Assembly (NCBI GenBank): GCA_041658625.1
Contig: JBAZZW010000002.1
Coordinates: forward strand, 344,299-408,298
Source: Actinomycetota bacterium
GTDB lineage: Bacteria; Actinomycetota; JAHEXW01
DNA: 64,000 nucleotides
Direction of reading: 5' to 3'
A model generated the notes under the pieces. It was not told where the DNA came from, ran no database searches, and saw only the letters and a program-made list of their open reading frames with translations. The translations under genes and the position numbers were made by a program. Below, in pieces: positions 10,242 through 20,050 of this stretch (the first letter of the stretch is position 1; each line of letters begins with the position of its first letter).

Positions 10242-10805
10242 ATGGAACAAGTTGTATCGGATGAAAGGGTGCCTAAGATGCCTTTGCTGACCTGGTGGTT
10301 GATTCTTATCGACGGGATATTCGTCACAAATCTGGGCATCTTGCTGCTGGTGTCTCCACAATCTACGTTAACGCTTCTAATTATTTTCCTTGGCGCATAT
10401 TGGTTCGTGACAGGTATTTTTCAGTTTGCCGGGGCTTTTATGCACATAGAACACCGCGTCGCGAACATATTTATGGGTCTCTTGGGTTTAGCCGCCGGCG
10501 CAATCCTCTTAGTAAATCCCTTGATGGGCGACGTTATTATTCCCGGCATGATCGTCATAATCCTGGGAGCGGAGGGCATTTTGATGGGCGCGGCGGCGAT
10601 GTTCCAGGCTTTCAAAGGCGCCGGCGCCGGCCGCTTTATTTTCGGCCTGTTCAGTATGGCCATCGGATTGATACTGCTTCTTAACCAACCGTTCGCCATA
10701 GGCGTTACGGCCTTACCGTTCGCGATTGGCTTATTCGCCCTCTTCATTGGGCCGGCCGTAATCGTAGCGTCTTTCAGGGTTCGCAAAATTCAGCAAGCAT
10801 CCTAG
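10242..10805 (+). CDS. DUF308/HdeD-like membrane protein
   Basis: 187 aa, ~6 TM, repeated G-rich helix pairs. Confidence 0.5.
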   Translation: MEQVVSDERVPKMPLLTWWLILIDGIFVTNLGILLLVSPQSTLTLLIIFLGAYWFVTGIFQFAGAFMHIEHRVANIFMGLLGLAAGAILLVNPLMGDVIIPGMIVIILGAEGILMGAAAMFQAFKGAGAGRFIFGLFSMAIGLILLLNQPFAIGVTALPFAIGLFALFIGPAVIVASFRVRKIQQAS

Positions 10806-10828
10806 GGCTGCCGACTAAGGAGACTACG

Positions 10829-12169
10829 ATGGCGGAGAAGAAATCGGTAAAGAAAAAGTCAAGCGCAAATAAGAAATCAACCCCCACGGCCGCGGTTACC
10901 CCGCCGCGGGCGGAAGCGTCGGCCGCAACCTCGGCAACGGAGAGACACGGCTTCAGACGGTTCTTAGCCGGGACCTGCGTAGCAATCGCCTGCGTCATAA
11001 TCATTTTAAGTATCTACGCGGTCTTCCTGCAGCAAACAATACTCGACACCGAGCGATATACGGCGAACATGCGCGAGATAATCAAGGAACCGGCGGTTAA
11101 GAAAGCGGTCAGCGAATACGCCACCGACGAACTTTTCACGGCGCTCAAGGTTCAGAAAAGAATCAGCGACGTCCTGCCGGAAAAAATCAGGATCGTCGCC
11201 GTTCCCGCTACGACCTGGCTGAAAGGCTTTACCGAGCAGCAAATCGAGGCTCTGATGGAGACCAAACAGTTCCAGGACGTCTGGGTAAGCGTAAACGAAA
11301 CCGCCCATGAGAATATAGTGGCGGTCATCAGAGGCGAGACCAGGCAAGTGAAGATGACTTCCGACGGAACTGTTTACATAGATTTTATGCCTATCGTTAA
11401 GGATCTGGCGCTCAAGCTGACCGAGGACACAAGATTACACAGTCTGGTCAGTAAGATTCCGGAGGGGGCCGTCGGACCGGCCTTAAAAACAGCCTTGTCA
11501 ACCGCTGGGGTCGAACTGCCGGATGATTTCGGCCAGTTGAAAATCATGCAGGCCAAACAGCTGGTCAGGGCACGACAGATTGTCGCGGCGTTGGACGCCG
11601 CGGCGACATGGCTGCCGGTCGCGTCGCTTTTATTCGTCGGCCTGGCCATGGGAATATCGGTCGGGCGGCGGCGGACGGCGATGCAGCTTGGCGCGGGCGT
11701 TACGGCTGCCGCGGTCATCGGTACTTTGCTTTCCCAGATTGCCGTCGAGCAGGCCTTGCTGTCGATAGCCGACGACACGGTCCGGAATATGATGACCACG
11801 ATCGTTGAAATCGAGTTACGAGGACTACCTGAGTTGTTCTTGTACGCCGGTATAGCCGGAGCGGTCATTTGGGCGGTCGCGTTCCTGGCGGGCAAGAGGA
11901 TTTGGATTGAGAAAATGGACGCCTGGTGGAGGTCGAGGATCGGCTACGCGACGCCGGAAGATTTAGCCAAACACCCGCTTATTCGCTGGATCAACTTAAA
12001 CGTCAACATATTAAGGCTGGTTCTAGTTTTCACGGCGGTAATCGTCCTTCTGCTGATTAAAGGCTGGTGGGGCGTTGCCGCCTTCGGCATGATTCTGGCG
12101 GTCGGTGAAGCGAAACTGCGTTACCTGACGGGATGGTACTGGTTCAGCAAACCTGACGCCCGGGCTTGA
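10829..12169 (+). CDS. hypothetical membrane protein
   Basis: 446 aa. K/S/T-rich N-terminus, one N-terminal TM, a soluble middle domain and C-terminal TM bundle. No recognisable family. Confidence 0.5.
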   Translation: MAEKKSVKKKSSANKKSTPTAAVTPPRAEASAATSATERHGFRRFLAGTCVAIACVIIILSIYAVFLQQTILDTERYTANMREIIKEPAVKKAVSEYATDELFTALKVQKRISDVLPEKIRIVAVPATTWLKGFTEQQIEALMETKQFQDVWVSVNETAHENIVAVIRGETRQVKMTSDGTVYIDFMPIVKDLALKLTEDTRLHSLVSKIPEGAVGPALKTALSTAGVELPDDFGQLKIMQAKQLVRARQIVAALDAAATWLPVASLLFVGLAMGISVGRRRTAMQLGAGVTAAAVIGTLLSQIAVEQALLSIADDTVRNMMTTIVEIELRGLPELFLYAGIAGAVIWAVAFLAGKRIWIEKMDAWWRSRIGYATPEDLAKHPLIRWINLNVNILRLVLVFTAVIVLLLIKGWWGVAAFGMILAVGEAKLRYLTGWYWFSKPDARA

Positions 12170-12423
12170 TGGCGGTCCGCCTTTGCACTAACATTACAGG
12201 TAGGCATTAAAATTCTGCCTTGTTCGTGATTTGCGAAGCGTATATTTGAGCCAACACTCAAATACAGGGAGCCGAGTAAGGGGGCACCCACCTGCGTGCG
12301 CACAGGGTTCAATTGCGCGGCGGACACGGCAAGGCGGAACCCTGCTAAATAGGAAATAATATATAAGAAACAAGAAACCCGCTTATGCGAGCCAAAGAAA
12401 CAATTAATAAAAAACCTGAACAG

Positions 12424-12431
12424 GCCGATAA
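12424..12431 (+). promoter_or_regulatory. GCCGATAA motif (sigma-28-type -10 element) in the unexplained intergenic region
   Basis: Exact 8-mer match to the FliA/SigD -10 consensus. The -35 TAAA is only ~12 nt upstream (suboptimal spacing). Coordinates +/- 2. Confidence 0.25.
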
Positions 12432-12498
12432 CCTTAAACATGAAATAATAAACATGGTAAGAACCGTCATCCTGGGCGAGCGGCATTTGCGAGCGCAG

Positions 12499-12518
12499 CC
12501 TGCCTGCCGGCAGGCAGG
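12499..12518. repeat. perfect palindrome CCTGCCTGCC|GGCAGGCAGG (copy 1 of 3)
   Basis: 20-nt perfect inverted repeat; identical cores near 62024-62046 and 62967-62986. Confidence 0.8.
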
Positions 12519-12605
12519 GAACTGAGACGAGGCTATGCATTCGGTCCTAGTCGTGTTTGGTGGAACAGAAACAGTAAGCAATAAACCTTAGGAAGGGAGA
12601 TTAAG

Positions 12606-13199
12606 CTGAAGAGTCGGAGGCTACTAGCGGCAATATCTTTAATCGCCCTGACGGCATTGTTAGCGGCCGGATGCGGCGGCGGAGAAGAGACCACCACCAC
12701 AACCACTAACACGCCCGCCACGTCAACAACAACGCCGACGACGACCACCGGCGGCACCGGCAACTTAAGAAAAGTGCCAACGCCGTCCACTCTCGAGGTC
12801 AAGCCGGTCGAAAAATTCAACGACAAATTCCCGGACGAGTTCGCCGTAAACATTGTATTTACGCCGAACACGGACACCCCGCAGTTCTTTACCGACGCGC
12901 TAAAGAAAAAGATGCCGATGGTAGTGGAATTCTATGGTCAGGTAGATTCGATAAGCTCAAGCATGACGCAAGGTATCTCGGAGTTGCAGTCGAAGTACAG
13001 CGGTAAGGTTTTGTTTATCCTGCTTGACGCGGACAATCCGCAATCATACGGCTCTCTGTCGGCCCAGCTGCCGGTTCAGTATATTCCTCAAATATTTGTC
13101 TTCAACAAAAACTCGACGATAATTCGGAGCTATACCGGTTACGTTGATAAAACTCGCTTAGACCAGGCTCTTTATGACGCCGTCAACCGCGGATACTGA
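12606..13199 (+). CDS. lipoprotein with poly-Thr linker and thioredoxin-like C-terminal domain (no CxxC)
   Basis: The track ORF starts at TTG 12657 (MLAAGC…), which would delete the signal peptide. In-frame upstream codons encode KLKSRRLLAAISLIALTALLAAGC, a classic lipoprotein signal with lipobox LAAGC. Only CTG (12606) or ATT (12600) are available as starts. RBS GGAAGGGAG sits 6 nt before the CTG. Confidence 0.55.
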   Translation: MKSRRLLAAISLIALTALLAAGCGGGEETTTTTTNTPATSTTTPTTTTGGTGNLRKVPTPSTLEVKPVEKFNDKFPDEFAVNIVFTPNTDTPQFFTDALKKKMPMVVEFYGQVDSISSSMTQGISELQSKYSGKVLFILLDADNPQSYGSLSAQLPVQYIPQIFVFNKNSTIIRSYTGYVDKTRLDQALYDAVNRGY

Positions 13200-14514
13200 T
13201 CGGCCGCTCTCACTTCGCATGCGGCCCAGGCGGCTTGAAGACTTCGCCGGGCAGGAAGAAATTGTCGGGCAGGGCACCGTCTTACGTCAGGCAATCCAAG
13301 AAGACACCTTAAGTTCCGCCATTTTTTGGGGTCCCCCGGGCTGCGGCAAAACCACGCTGGCTGAGATAATCGCCGAAATGACGTCGGCGGAATTCGTGAA
13401 AATCAGCGCGGTTACGGCGACCGTCGGCGACGTGAGAAAGGTTATCGCGGCGGCCAGGGAGAGGCAAAAAGCATACGGCCGCCGTACGATCATGCTTCTA
13501 GACGAGGTCCACCGTTTCAACAAGGCTCAGCAGGACACCCTGTTACCGGCCGTTGAGGACGGCACGCTCATCCTTATCGGCACAACGACAGAAAACCCCT
13601 ATTTCGAAGTAAACTCGGCCCTGATATCCAGATCGCGAGTATTCCAGTTAAACGGGCTAAGAGACGGAGACCTTTCAGCCATCCTTAAAAGAGCGCTCAA
13701 GGACAATGAGAACGGCCTGGGGCGGGAGAAAGTCGTTTTGGACAAAGGGGCCGAGGAACACTTGATTAAAACAGCGGCCGGCGACGCAAGATCTCTTTTA
13801 AACGGGTTGGAGACGGCCGCGCTGGCGGCTCGTCCCGACGCGAAGGGGCGGAGACTGATTACCCTGGAAATCGCCGAAGACGCAATGCAGCGACGCGCCC
13901 TTTTGTACGACATGAAGGGCGAAGCTCATTACGATGTAGCCAGCGCGTTTATTAAAAGTATGCGAGGAAGCGACCCGCAAGCGGCTGTATATTGGCTGGC
14001 TGTTATGATTTACGGCGGCGAGGACCCGAAGTTTATCGCGCGCCGGATGATCATTTTCGCCAGCGAGGACGTGGGCAACGCCGACCCGATGGCGCTGGTC
14101 GTGGCGACGGCCACCGCTCAGGCCATGCAGAACGTAGGCTTGCCCGAGGCCCGGATAAATCTGTCGCAGGCGGCCATATATCTGGCGACCGCGCCAAAAA
14201 GCAACGCCTCCTACGCGGCCATAGACGCGGCCTTAAAGGATGTGGCCCAGGGACCTTTATCGCCGCCGCCCAAACACATCAGGAATGCGCCTCACCCGGG
14301 GATGAAAGAACAAGGATACGGCGTGGGGTATAAATATCCCCACAATTATCCCGGCCACGTCGTCGAGCAGGAATACCTGCCGCCGGAGCTGAAGGGACGG
14401 GAATACTACAAGCCGAGTGATTCCGGAGCGGAAGCCCTTATCAAGAAGCGAATGACTGACAACAAGTATGATAAAATCAAAGCACCGGACAAAGGATCCG
14501 GCGGTAAACCTTAA
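13174..14514 (+). CDS. rarA: replication-associated recombination protein A (AAA+ ATPase RarA/MgsA)
   Basis: Walker A GPPGCGKTT, Walker B LLDEVHRFNK, MgsA C-terminal domain. ATG 13219 is an alternative start that avoids overlap. Confidence 0.9.
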   Translation: MTPSTADTDRPLSLRMRPRRLEDFAGQEEIVGQGTVLRQAIQEDTLSSAIFWGPPGCGKTTLAEIIAEMTSAEFVKISAVTATVGDVRKVIAAARERQKAYGRRTIMLLDEVHRFNKAQQDTLLPAVEDGTLILIGTTTENPYFEVNSALISRSRVFQLNGLRDGDLSAILKRALKDNENGLGREKVVLDKGAEEHLIKTAAGDARSLLNGLETAALAARPDAKGRRLITLEIAEDAMQRRALLYDMKGEAHYDVASAFIKSMRGSDPQAAVYWLAVMIYGGEDPKFIARRMIIFASEDVGNADPMALVVATATAQAMQNVGLPEARINLSQAAIYLATAPKSNASYAAIDAALKDVAQGPLSPPPKHIRNAPHPGMKEQGYGVGYKYPHNYPGHVVEQEYLPPELKGREYYKPSDSGAEALIKKRMTDNKYDKIKAPDKGSGGKP

Positions 14515-14532
14515 AGAGGAGGCGAGCGGGAC

Positions 14533-14868
14533 GTGATCTATGTGCAACTGGCAGGCGCGGTGGCGTTGCTGGCGTTGGCTGTCTTGATTTCCGCTTTTGT
14601 TCCGGCGGCTTACCGTTTGAAGAATACCGTCGATTCCCTGGACGACATCCTCGGGAAGCTAAAAACAACAGTTGACGAGGTTAATGCTGAATTGGCTAAG
14701 GTAAACGAAACAACGGAATCCGTCCAGAAGGCCGTGTCCAGGATAGACAAAATCGCCAGCCTGCTTCAGGAAACAGTCTCTTCGCCGCTAATAAAGGTGG
14801 CCGGTTACGGGGCTGGTCTTGGCGGCGTCATTAAATCGTGGCGCGGCGGCTCGCGGAAGGGCAAATAA
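14533..14868 (+). CDS. DUF948-family membrane-anchored coiled-coil protein
   Basis: 111 aa, N-terminal TM then coiled coil. Confidence 0.5.
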   Translation: MIYVQLAGAVALLALAVLISAFVPAAYRLKNTVDSLDDILGKLKTTVDEVNAELAKVNETTESVQKAVSRIDKIASLLQETVSSPLIKVAGYGAGLGGVIKSWRGGSRKGK

Positions 14869-14874
14869 GCAAAG

Positions 14875-15999
14875 GTGGCAGACTTGAAGAACCGGAAGTT
14901 CTTTACGGAACGAACGGTCGAGCGATTCAAGGATACCGCCTTGGTAAGCTGGGCCCTGATCGGATTGATCGGCGTCGGCTACTTGGTCTGGAAAGGCATC
15001 GCCGAAATCAGCTTCATCCTTCGTCCATTCTTCTTCGCTTTGGTTATCGCGTTCATTCTCAAACCGTTTCTGGAATTCCTGGAAAAGCGCGGCCTGAATC
15101 GCACCATAGCTTTGGCCTTGACGTACATATGTTTCTTTACCGTTTTGGGAGTTATCGTGGGATTCCTGATTCCGATAATCAGCAACGAGGTCAGTGACTT
15201 GGTAAAGGCTTTTCCCAAGTACGCGCGGGATATGAGCGACACCTTTGCGTATTACCAGATGAGGCTGGCAGCTTTCCGGCTGCCGGCGCCCGCGGCGAGC
15301 GCCCTTGATTCCGCCTTGACCAACGCGCAGACCTCTACCTATGACGTTTTGAGAAAAGCCCCCAGCTATACCATGAGCTTCCTGTCGCTTATAATGGACT
15401 TTTTTTTATCGCCTTTGATTGCTTTTTTCATTCTTAAGGACAGAGCTTCGATAAGCCGCGGATTCTTCAGAATCGTACCGTCGGCGTGGCGTCCGGAGGC
15501 GATGTATCTTACTTTTCGGATAAACATCGTCATTCAGGGCGTTTTCCGGGTAATGCTGCTTCTGGCGTTGCTGGTTAGCGTGCTGGCGTCAATCGGGCTT
15601 TTCATAACTGGTATCCCGTACGCTCTGCTGCTCGGATTTGTTTGCGGCATCTTTCAGGTTATCCCTTATATTGGCCCCGTTGTCGGCGTCGTGCCGGCGG
15701 TCATCGTTGCCTTCGTTGTTAAAGGCGGTTGGTTCGCCTTAGGCATAGGCATTTATTTCGCGGTGCTGACCCAGGTGGCCAGCCTGATTCTGACGCCGAT
15801 CATGATGAAGGACCGCGTGGGGGTGCCGCCGATACTGGTTATCTTTATTCTGCTGCTGTTCGGCGCCCTCTTCGGTTTCTGGGGCGTCCTGCTGGCCGTA
15901 CCGGCGGCCGCGATCATCAATGAGATCGCGATTTTCGCGCTGATGAAGGACTTCGAGCGCGAAGCGGCGATCAAAGCCGAAGGTATACCGGTCGACTGA
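14875..15999 (+). CDS. AI-2E family transporter (PerM-like)
   Basis: 374 aa, 8 TM, AI-2E/UPF0118 topology. GTG start. Confidence 0.8.
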   Translation: MADLKNRKFFTERTVERFKDTALVSWALIGLIGVGYLVWKGIAEISFILRPFFFALVIAFILKPFLEFLEKRGLNRTIALALTYICFFTVLGVIVGFLIPIISNEVSDLVKAFPKYARDMSDTFAYYQMRLAAFRLPAPAASALDSALTNAQTSTYDVLRKAPSYTMSFLSLIMDFFLSPLIAFFILKDRASISRGFFRIVPSAWRPEAMYLTFRINIVIQGVFRVMLLLALLVSVLASIGLFITGIPYALLLGFVCGIFQVIPYIGPVVGVVPAVIVAFVVKGGWFALGIGIYFAVLTQVASLILTPIMMKDRVGVPPILVIFILLLFGALFGFWGVLLAVPAAAIINEIAIFALMKDFEREAAIKAEGIPVD

Positions 16000-16000
16000 T

Positions 16001-18625
16001 ATGAAAAGCGCCGAAATCAGGTCCAAGTTTCTGGAGTATTTCGCTCGCCTTGACCACACAATCTTGCCCGGCTCCTCGCTGGTGCCTGATGAACCGTCGC
16101 TATTGCTTACGACGGCCGGTATGGTTCAGTTCATCCCGTATCTCCGGGGAGACAAAAAACCCGAGCATGCCCGTATGGCAACCGTCCAGCGATGTCTTCG
16201 CACGACTGACATAGACCATATCGGCCATACGGCCAGACACCTCACGTTTTTCGAGATGTTGGGAAATTTCAGCGTCGGCGATTACTACAAAAAGGAAGCC
16301 ATCCCCTGGGCCTGGGAGTTTGTCACCAAAGAGCTCAAAATCGATTCCGCGAATTTATGGGTCAGCATATTCCTGGATGACGACGAGGCTTTTGACGTTT
16401 GGCATAAGGACGTCGGCTTGCCGGATGAGAGGATAGTCAGGCTGGGTGAGGACGAGAATTTTTGGAGCATGGGTCCGACGGGACCCTGCGGCCCGTGCTC
16501 GGAGATACATTATGATTTCGGCCCGGACAAGGCTTGCGGACCTGATTGCGCGGTCGGTTGCGACTGCGATCGGTTCTTGGAGATTTGGAACCTCGTGTTT
16601 ATGCAGTACGACAGGGACGAAGACGGAGAACTTAAACCACTGCCAAAGAAAAACATCGACACTGGTATGGGTCTGGAGCGCGTGGCCAGCATCCTTCAGG
16701 GCGTCGACAACAATTTTGAATCGGACCTTCTAAAAGCCTTGATCGATAAGATGAGCGAGATCAGCGGCGTGGCATACAAGAGCGGCGAGCGCCAGGACGT
16801 TAGTCTGAAAATAGTCGCCGACCATAGCCGGGCCGTCGCGTTTATAATCAACGACGGCGTCTTGCCTAGCAACGAAGGCCGCGGTTACGTGTTGCGGCGG
16901 CTTCTGCGGAGAGCGGTCAGACACGGCCGCCTTTTGGGTGTGGAGCGGCCGTTTATGAAGGAAATGGCCGGCGCGGTGATCGATCTTATGGGCGGCGATT
17001 ACAAGGACATCGCCAAGAACAGGCATTCGATCGAGGATATTGTCAAGAGTGAAGAGGTCAGGTTCCTGGATACCCTAAAAGCCGGCCTGTCCGTTTTGGA
17101 CGGGTATCTTGATGACGCGGCAGCGGCGGGCGCTGATATGCTGGAAGCAGACAAAACGTTTAAACTCTACGATACTTACGGCTTCCCGTTCGAACTGACT
17201 AAAGAGATTGCCGCCGAGCAGGGCATCGGGGTAGACGAGACCGGATTCGCGGGGTTGATGGACAAACAAAAGGAAACGGCGCGCCAGGCGGTGGGCGAAA
17301 CCAAAGGTAAAGCCGGGGAAGAGGCGCTGGTTGCGCTGGCGGAGGAGTGCGGCCAGACGGAGTTCACCGGCTATGGCAACGCGAGCGCCGAAGCGAAAAT
17401 AAAGGCTATCTTCCGCGAAGGCAAAGAAGTCAAAACGGCCAAAGCGGAAGAAAAGGTGGAAATCATTTTAGATAGAACGCCGTTCTACGCCGAGATGGGC
17501 GGACAAATCGGGGATACGGGTTCGATAAAAACTAAGACCGGCCGGGTGGAAGTGTCCAGCGCTTTTCCGAACAGCGGTTTAACCGTTCATGTAGGAAAGG
17601 TGGCGGAAGGGTCGATCAAAGAGGCCCAGGAGGCCGAGGCCGCTATCGATATGGACCGCCGCCAGGCTGTCAGAAGGAACCATACCGCGACGCACATATT
17701 GCACTGGGCCCTCCGGATGACGTTGGGCGATCACGTCAGACAAGGCGGCAGTTACGTCGACAACAAGAGGCTGCGGTTCGATTTCACCCACGGTAAAGCC
17801 TTGACAAAACAGGAGCTAGACCAGGTCGAAAGGCTGATAAACAAAAAGGTCATCGAGGACAGCCCGGTTAGGGCTTATGCGACGACTTATAAATATGCCA
17901 CCGAAAGCGGCGCTCTGGCGTTTTTTGGCGAGAAGTACGGTAAGCATGTCCGAGTCTTGGAGGTCGGTGACTATTCCCGCGAGCTCTGCGGCGGCACTCA
18001 CGTGGCCAGGTCGGGCGAGATCGGCTTGGTCAAGATCATCAGCGAATCTTCAATCGGCGCCAATTTGCGCCGGATCGAGGCTGTTACCGGGCTGAACACT
18101 CTCGAGCGGGCCAGGGAGTCGGAGGCGCTGCTGCTACAGTTTGAGAACGAGCTAAAGACGGGCCGGGCCGGGATTGCCGGGCGCCTAAGCCACCTTATGC
18201 TGGCGCTGAAGGCCAGTGAGAAAGAGGTGCACCGGTTGAAGTCCAAGTTGGGCAGCGCCGATACGGCCGGTTTATGGGCCGGGGCGGAATCTGTTAACGG
18301 CGTGAAACTTGTTTTTACGATTGTCAAGGATAAGAAGCCGGACGAGTTGCGGGTTATCGCGGACGATATCAGAGGCAGAGGCGAACCGGCCGTGGTCGGT
18401 CTGGCCTCGGAGTCGGACGGCAACGTAGGCCTGATAATAGCGATGACCAAAGACCTGACCGCCAAAGGCTTGGACGCGGGCAAGATCATCCGCGAGGTCG
18501 CGCCGAGAATTGGCGGCGGCGGCGGCGGCCGGCCCGACCTAGCGCAGGCCGGGGGAAGCGAGGCCGGCGGCATGGTCGCGGCTATCGACGCGGCCAGACA
18601 AAAGGTTATCCAGAAGCTTTCATGA
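16001..18625 (+). CDS. alaS: alanyl-tRNA synthetase
   Basis: 874 aa. Class II motifs, HTATHILHWALR editing-domain zinc motif, C-terminal DHHA1 (GGGGGGRPDLAQAGG). Confidence 0.97.
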   Translation: MKSAEIRSKFLEYFARLDHTILPGSSLVPDEPSLLLTTAGMVQFIPYLRGDKKPEHARMATVQRCLRTTDIDHIGHTARHLTFFEMLGNFSVGDYYKKEAIPWAWEFVTKELKIDSANLWVSIFLDDDEAFDVWHKDVGLPDERIVRLGEDENFWSMGPTGPCGPCSEIHYDFGPDKACGPDCAVGCDCDRFLEIWNLVFMQYDRDEDGELKPLPKKNIDTGMGLERVASILQGVDNNFESDLLKALIDKMSEISGVAYKSGERQDVSLKIVADHSRAVAFIINDGVLPSNEGRGYVLRRLLRRAVRHGRLLGVERPFMKEMAGAVIDLMGGDYKDIAKNRHSIEDIVKSEEVRFLDTLKAGLSVLDGYLDDAAAAGADMLEADKTFKLYDTYGFPFELTKEIAAEQGIGVDETGFAGLMDKQKETARQAVGETKGKAGEEALVALAEECGQTEFTGYGNASAEAKIKAIFREGKEVKTAKAEEKVEIILDRTPFYAEMGGQIGDTGSIKTKTGRVEVSSAFPNSGLTVHVGKVAEGSIKEAQEAEAAIDMDRRQAVRRNHTATHILHWALRMTLGDHVRQGGSYVDNKRLRFDFTHGKALTKQELDQVERLINKKVIEDSPVRAYATTYKYATESGALAFFGEKYGKHVRVLEVGDYSRELCGGTHVARSGEIGLVKIISESSIGANLRRIEAVTGLNTLERARESEALLLQFENELKTGRAGIAGRLSHLMLALKASEKEVHRLKSKLGSADTAGLWAGAESVNGVKLVFTIVKDKKPDELRVIADDIRGRGEPAVVGLASESDGNVGLIIAMTKDLTAKGLDAGKIIREVAPRIGGGGGGRPDLAQAGGSEAGGMVAAIDAARQKVIQKLS

Positions 18626-19032
18626 GATTTCTTGGACTAGACATAGGCGGGCGCCGCATAGGCGTGGCCGTTTCCGATCCAGGCGGCATAACCGCTCAAC
18701 CCTTGACCGTAATCATCAGGGAGACCGACGATCAGGCGGTGGCCGACATAGTCAAGTTGGCCGTCGAGTATGAAGCGGAGGAAATAGTCTACGGCGTTCC
18801 TATGGAAGCGGACGGCGACTACGGGAAACAGGCGGAACTAACGCAAGACTTCGCCTATAAATTAAAGGCTGCCGGGTTAAACGTGAAAGGCCATGACGAA
18901 AGGTTCAGCACAGCTGAGGCGGAGAGAGTACTGATAGACCAGGACGTGTCGAGGATGAAAAGACGTGAAGTCGTCGATAAGATAGCGGCCTCGATTATTC
19001 TGCAAGGTTACTTAGACAGGCGGAATGGCTAG
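18622..19032 (+). CDS. ruvX: Holliday junction resolvase-like pre-16S rRNA nuclease YqgF/RuvX
   Basis: LGLDIGGRRIGVAVSD N-terminus. Follows alaS as in Bacillus (yrrK). Confidence 0.9.
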   Translation: MRFLGLDIGGRRIGVAVSDPGGITAQPLTVIIRETDDQAVADIVKLAVEYEAEEIVYGVPMEADGDYGKQAELTQDFAYKLKAAGLNVKGHDERFSTAEAERVLIDQDVSRMKRREVVDKIAASIILQGYLDRRNG

Positions 19033-20044
19033 AAGAGAGATATCAAACAAACGCAACGGATACGGCAAGACGCTGACATCGCTCGCGGCGGTGGCGGTGT
19101 TGCTTATCGTGGTCGTCGGCCTGGTATTCTTATGGCCTCAACCGCATCAGAAAGTAACGGTGACGATAAAACCGGGTTCTTCCAGCGGTGAGATCGCGTC
19201 GGTTATGGCCGGTCAGGGCGTTGTCAGGAACGCGTTCTTGTTTAAGTTATTCATCGGCCGGCAAAACGCCCAGAACAAATTGCAGGCCGGCGATTACGCG
19301 CTGGAAACCGGCATGTCGTTCGCCGAGGCTTTGGCAGCCCTGCTAAAAGGTCCGGCGGTTAGACTTTATAAGGTGACGACGCCGGAAGGCCTGACCATCG
19401 AGCAGACAGCCGAGACTGTAGCCGCTAATTCTCCGATCAAGAAGGACGATTTATTGGCGGCCAACGATAAATCGAAATACAAGTTCGATTTTCTGGACGA
19501 TGTGCCGGAAAACGATTTGGAAGGGTATTTGTTCCCGAAAACCTACACCGTCAGGCAGACGACGACTGCAGAAGATCTGATAAGGACGATGCTCAAACAG
19601 TTCGAAGAGGAGACGGCGATCTTGGATATGAGCTTGGCCGAGAAGAGGGGCATGAAGCTCTTTCAAATTGTCACCATCGCCTCCATCATTGAAAAGGAAG
19701 TTAAGATACCGGAGGAAAGACCGCTGGTAGCGGCGGTTATATATAACAGGCTGGACAAAGATATGTACCTGCAAATCTGCGCGACGGTAGAATACGCTCT
19801 GCCGGAACACAAGGAGTCCCTGTCATATCAAGACCTGGAATACGATTCTCCGTACAATACCTACAAGTATCCGGGCCTGCCGCCCGGACCCATCTGCTCG
19901 CCAGGTATGGCCTCGATGGAAGCGGCCTTGAAGCCGGCTCCGGTCGATTACCTTTATTATGTCCTCACCGGCGAGAACGGCAGTCACACCTTCACCAATA
20001 ACTACGAAGAATTCGCCAAGATAAAAGAAGAAAAAGGACTTTGA
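19025..20044 (+). CDS. mltG: endolytic murein transglycosylase MltG (YceG family)
   Basis: N-terminal TM plus YceG domain (…YNTYKYPGLPPGPICSPG…). Confidence 0.9.
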   Translation: MARREISNKRNGYGKTLTSLAAVAVLLIVVVGLVFLWPQPHQKVTVTIKPGSSSGEIASVMAGQGVVRNAFLFKLFIGRQNAQNKLQAGDYALETGMSFAEALAALLKGPAVRLYKVTTPEGLTIEQTAETVAANSPIKKDDLLAANDKSKYKFDFLDDVPENDLEGYLFPKTYTVRQTTTAEDLIRTMLKQFEEETAILDMSLAEKRGMKLFQIVTIASIIEKEVKIPEERPLVAAVIYNRLDKDMYLQICATVEYALPEHKESLSYQDLEYDSPYNTYKYPGLPPGPICSPGMASMEAALKPAPVDYLYYVLTGENGSHTFTNNYEEFAKIKEEKGL

Positions 20045-20050
20045 TAAGCG

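Noticed and set aside
12170-12605. Possible tRNA, tmRNA, RNase P RNA, T-box, SAM/TPP or guanidine (ykkC) riboswitch in the large intergenic region
   Set aside because: No cloverleaf with GTTC-type T-arm/anticodon geometry and no conserved cores of those RNA families. Only a loose GCGGCGGACACGG resemblance to ykkC, and the downstream gene (a lipoprotein) is not a guanidine-related target. Left as unexplained rather than named.
14838-15197. 119-aa + ORF overlapping the start of the AI-2E transporter gene
   Set aside because: Out of frame with the transporter, whose multi-TM product is coherent. The overlapping ORF is Arg-rich with no features.
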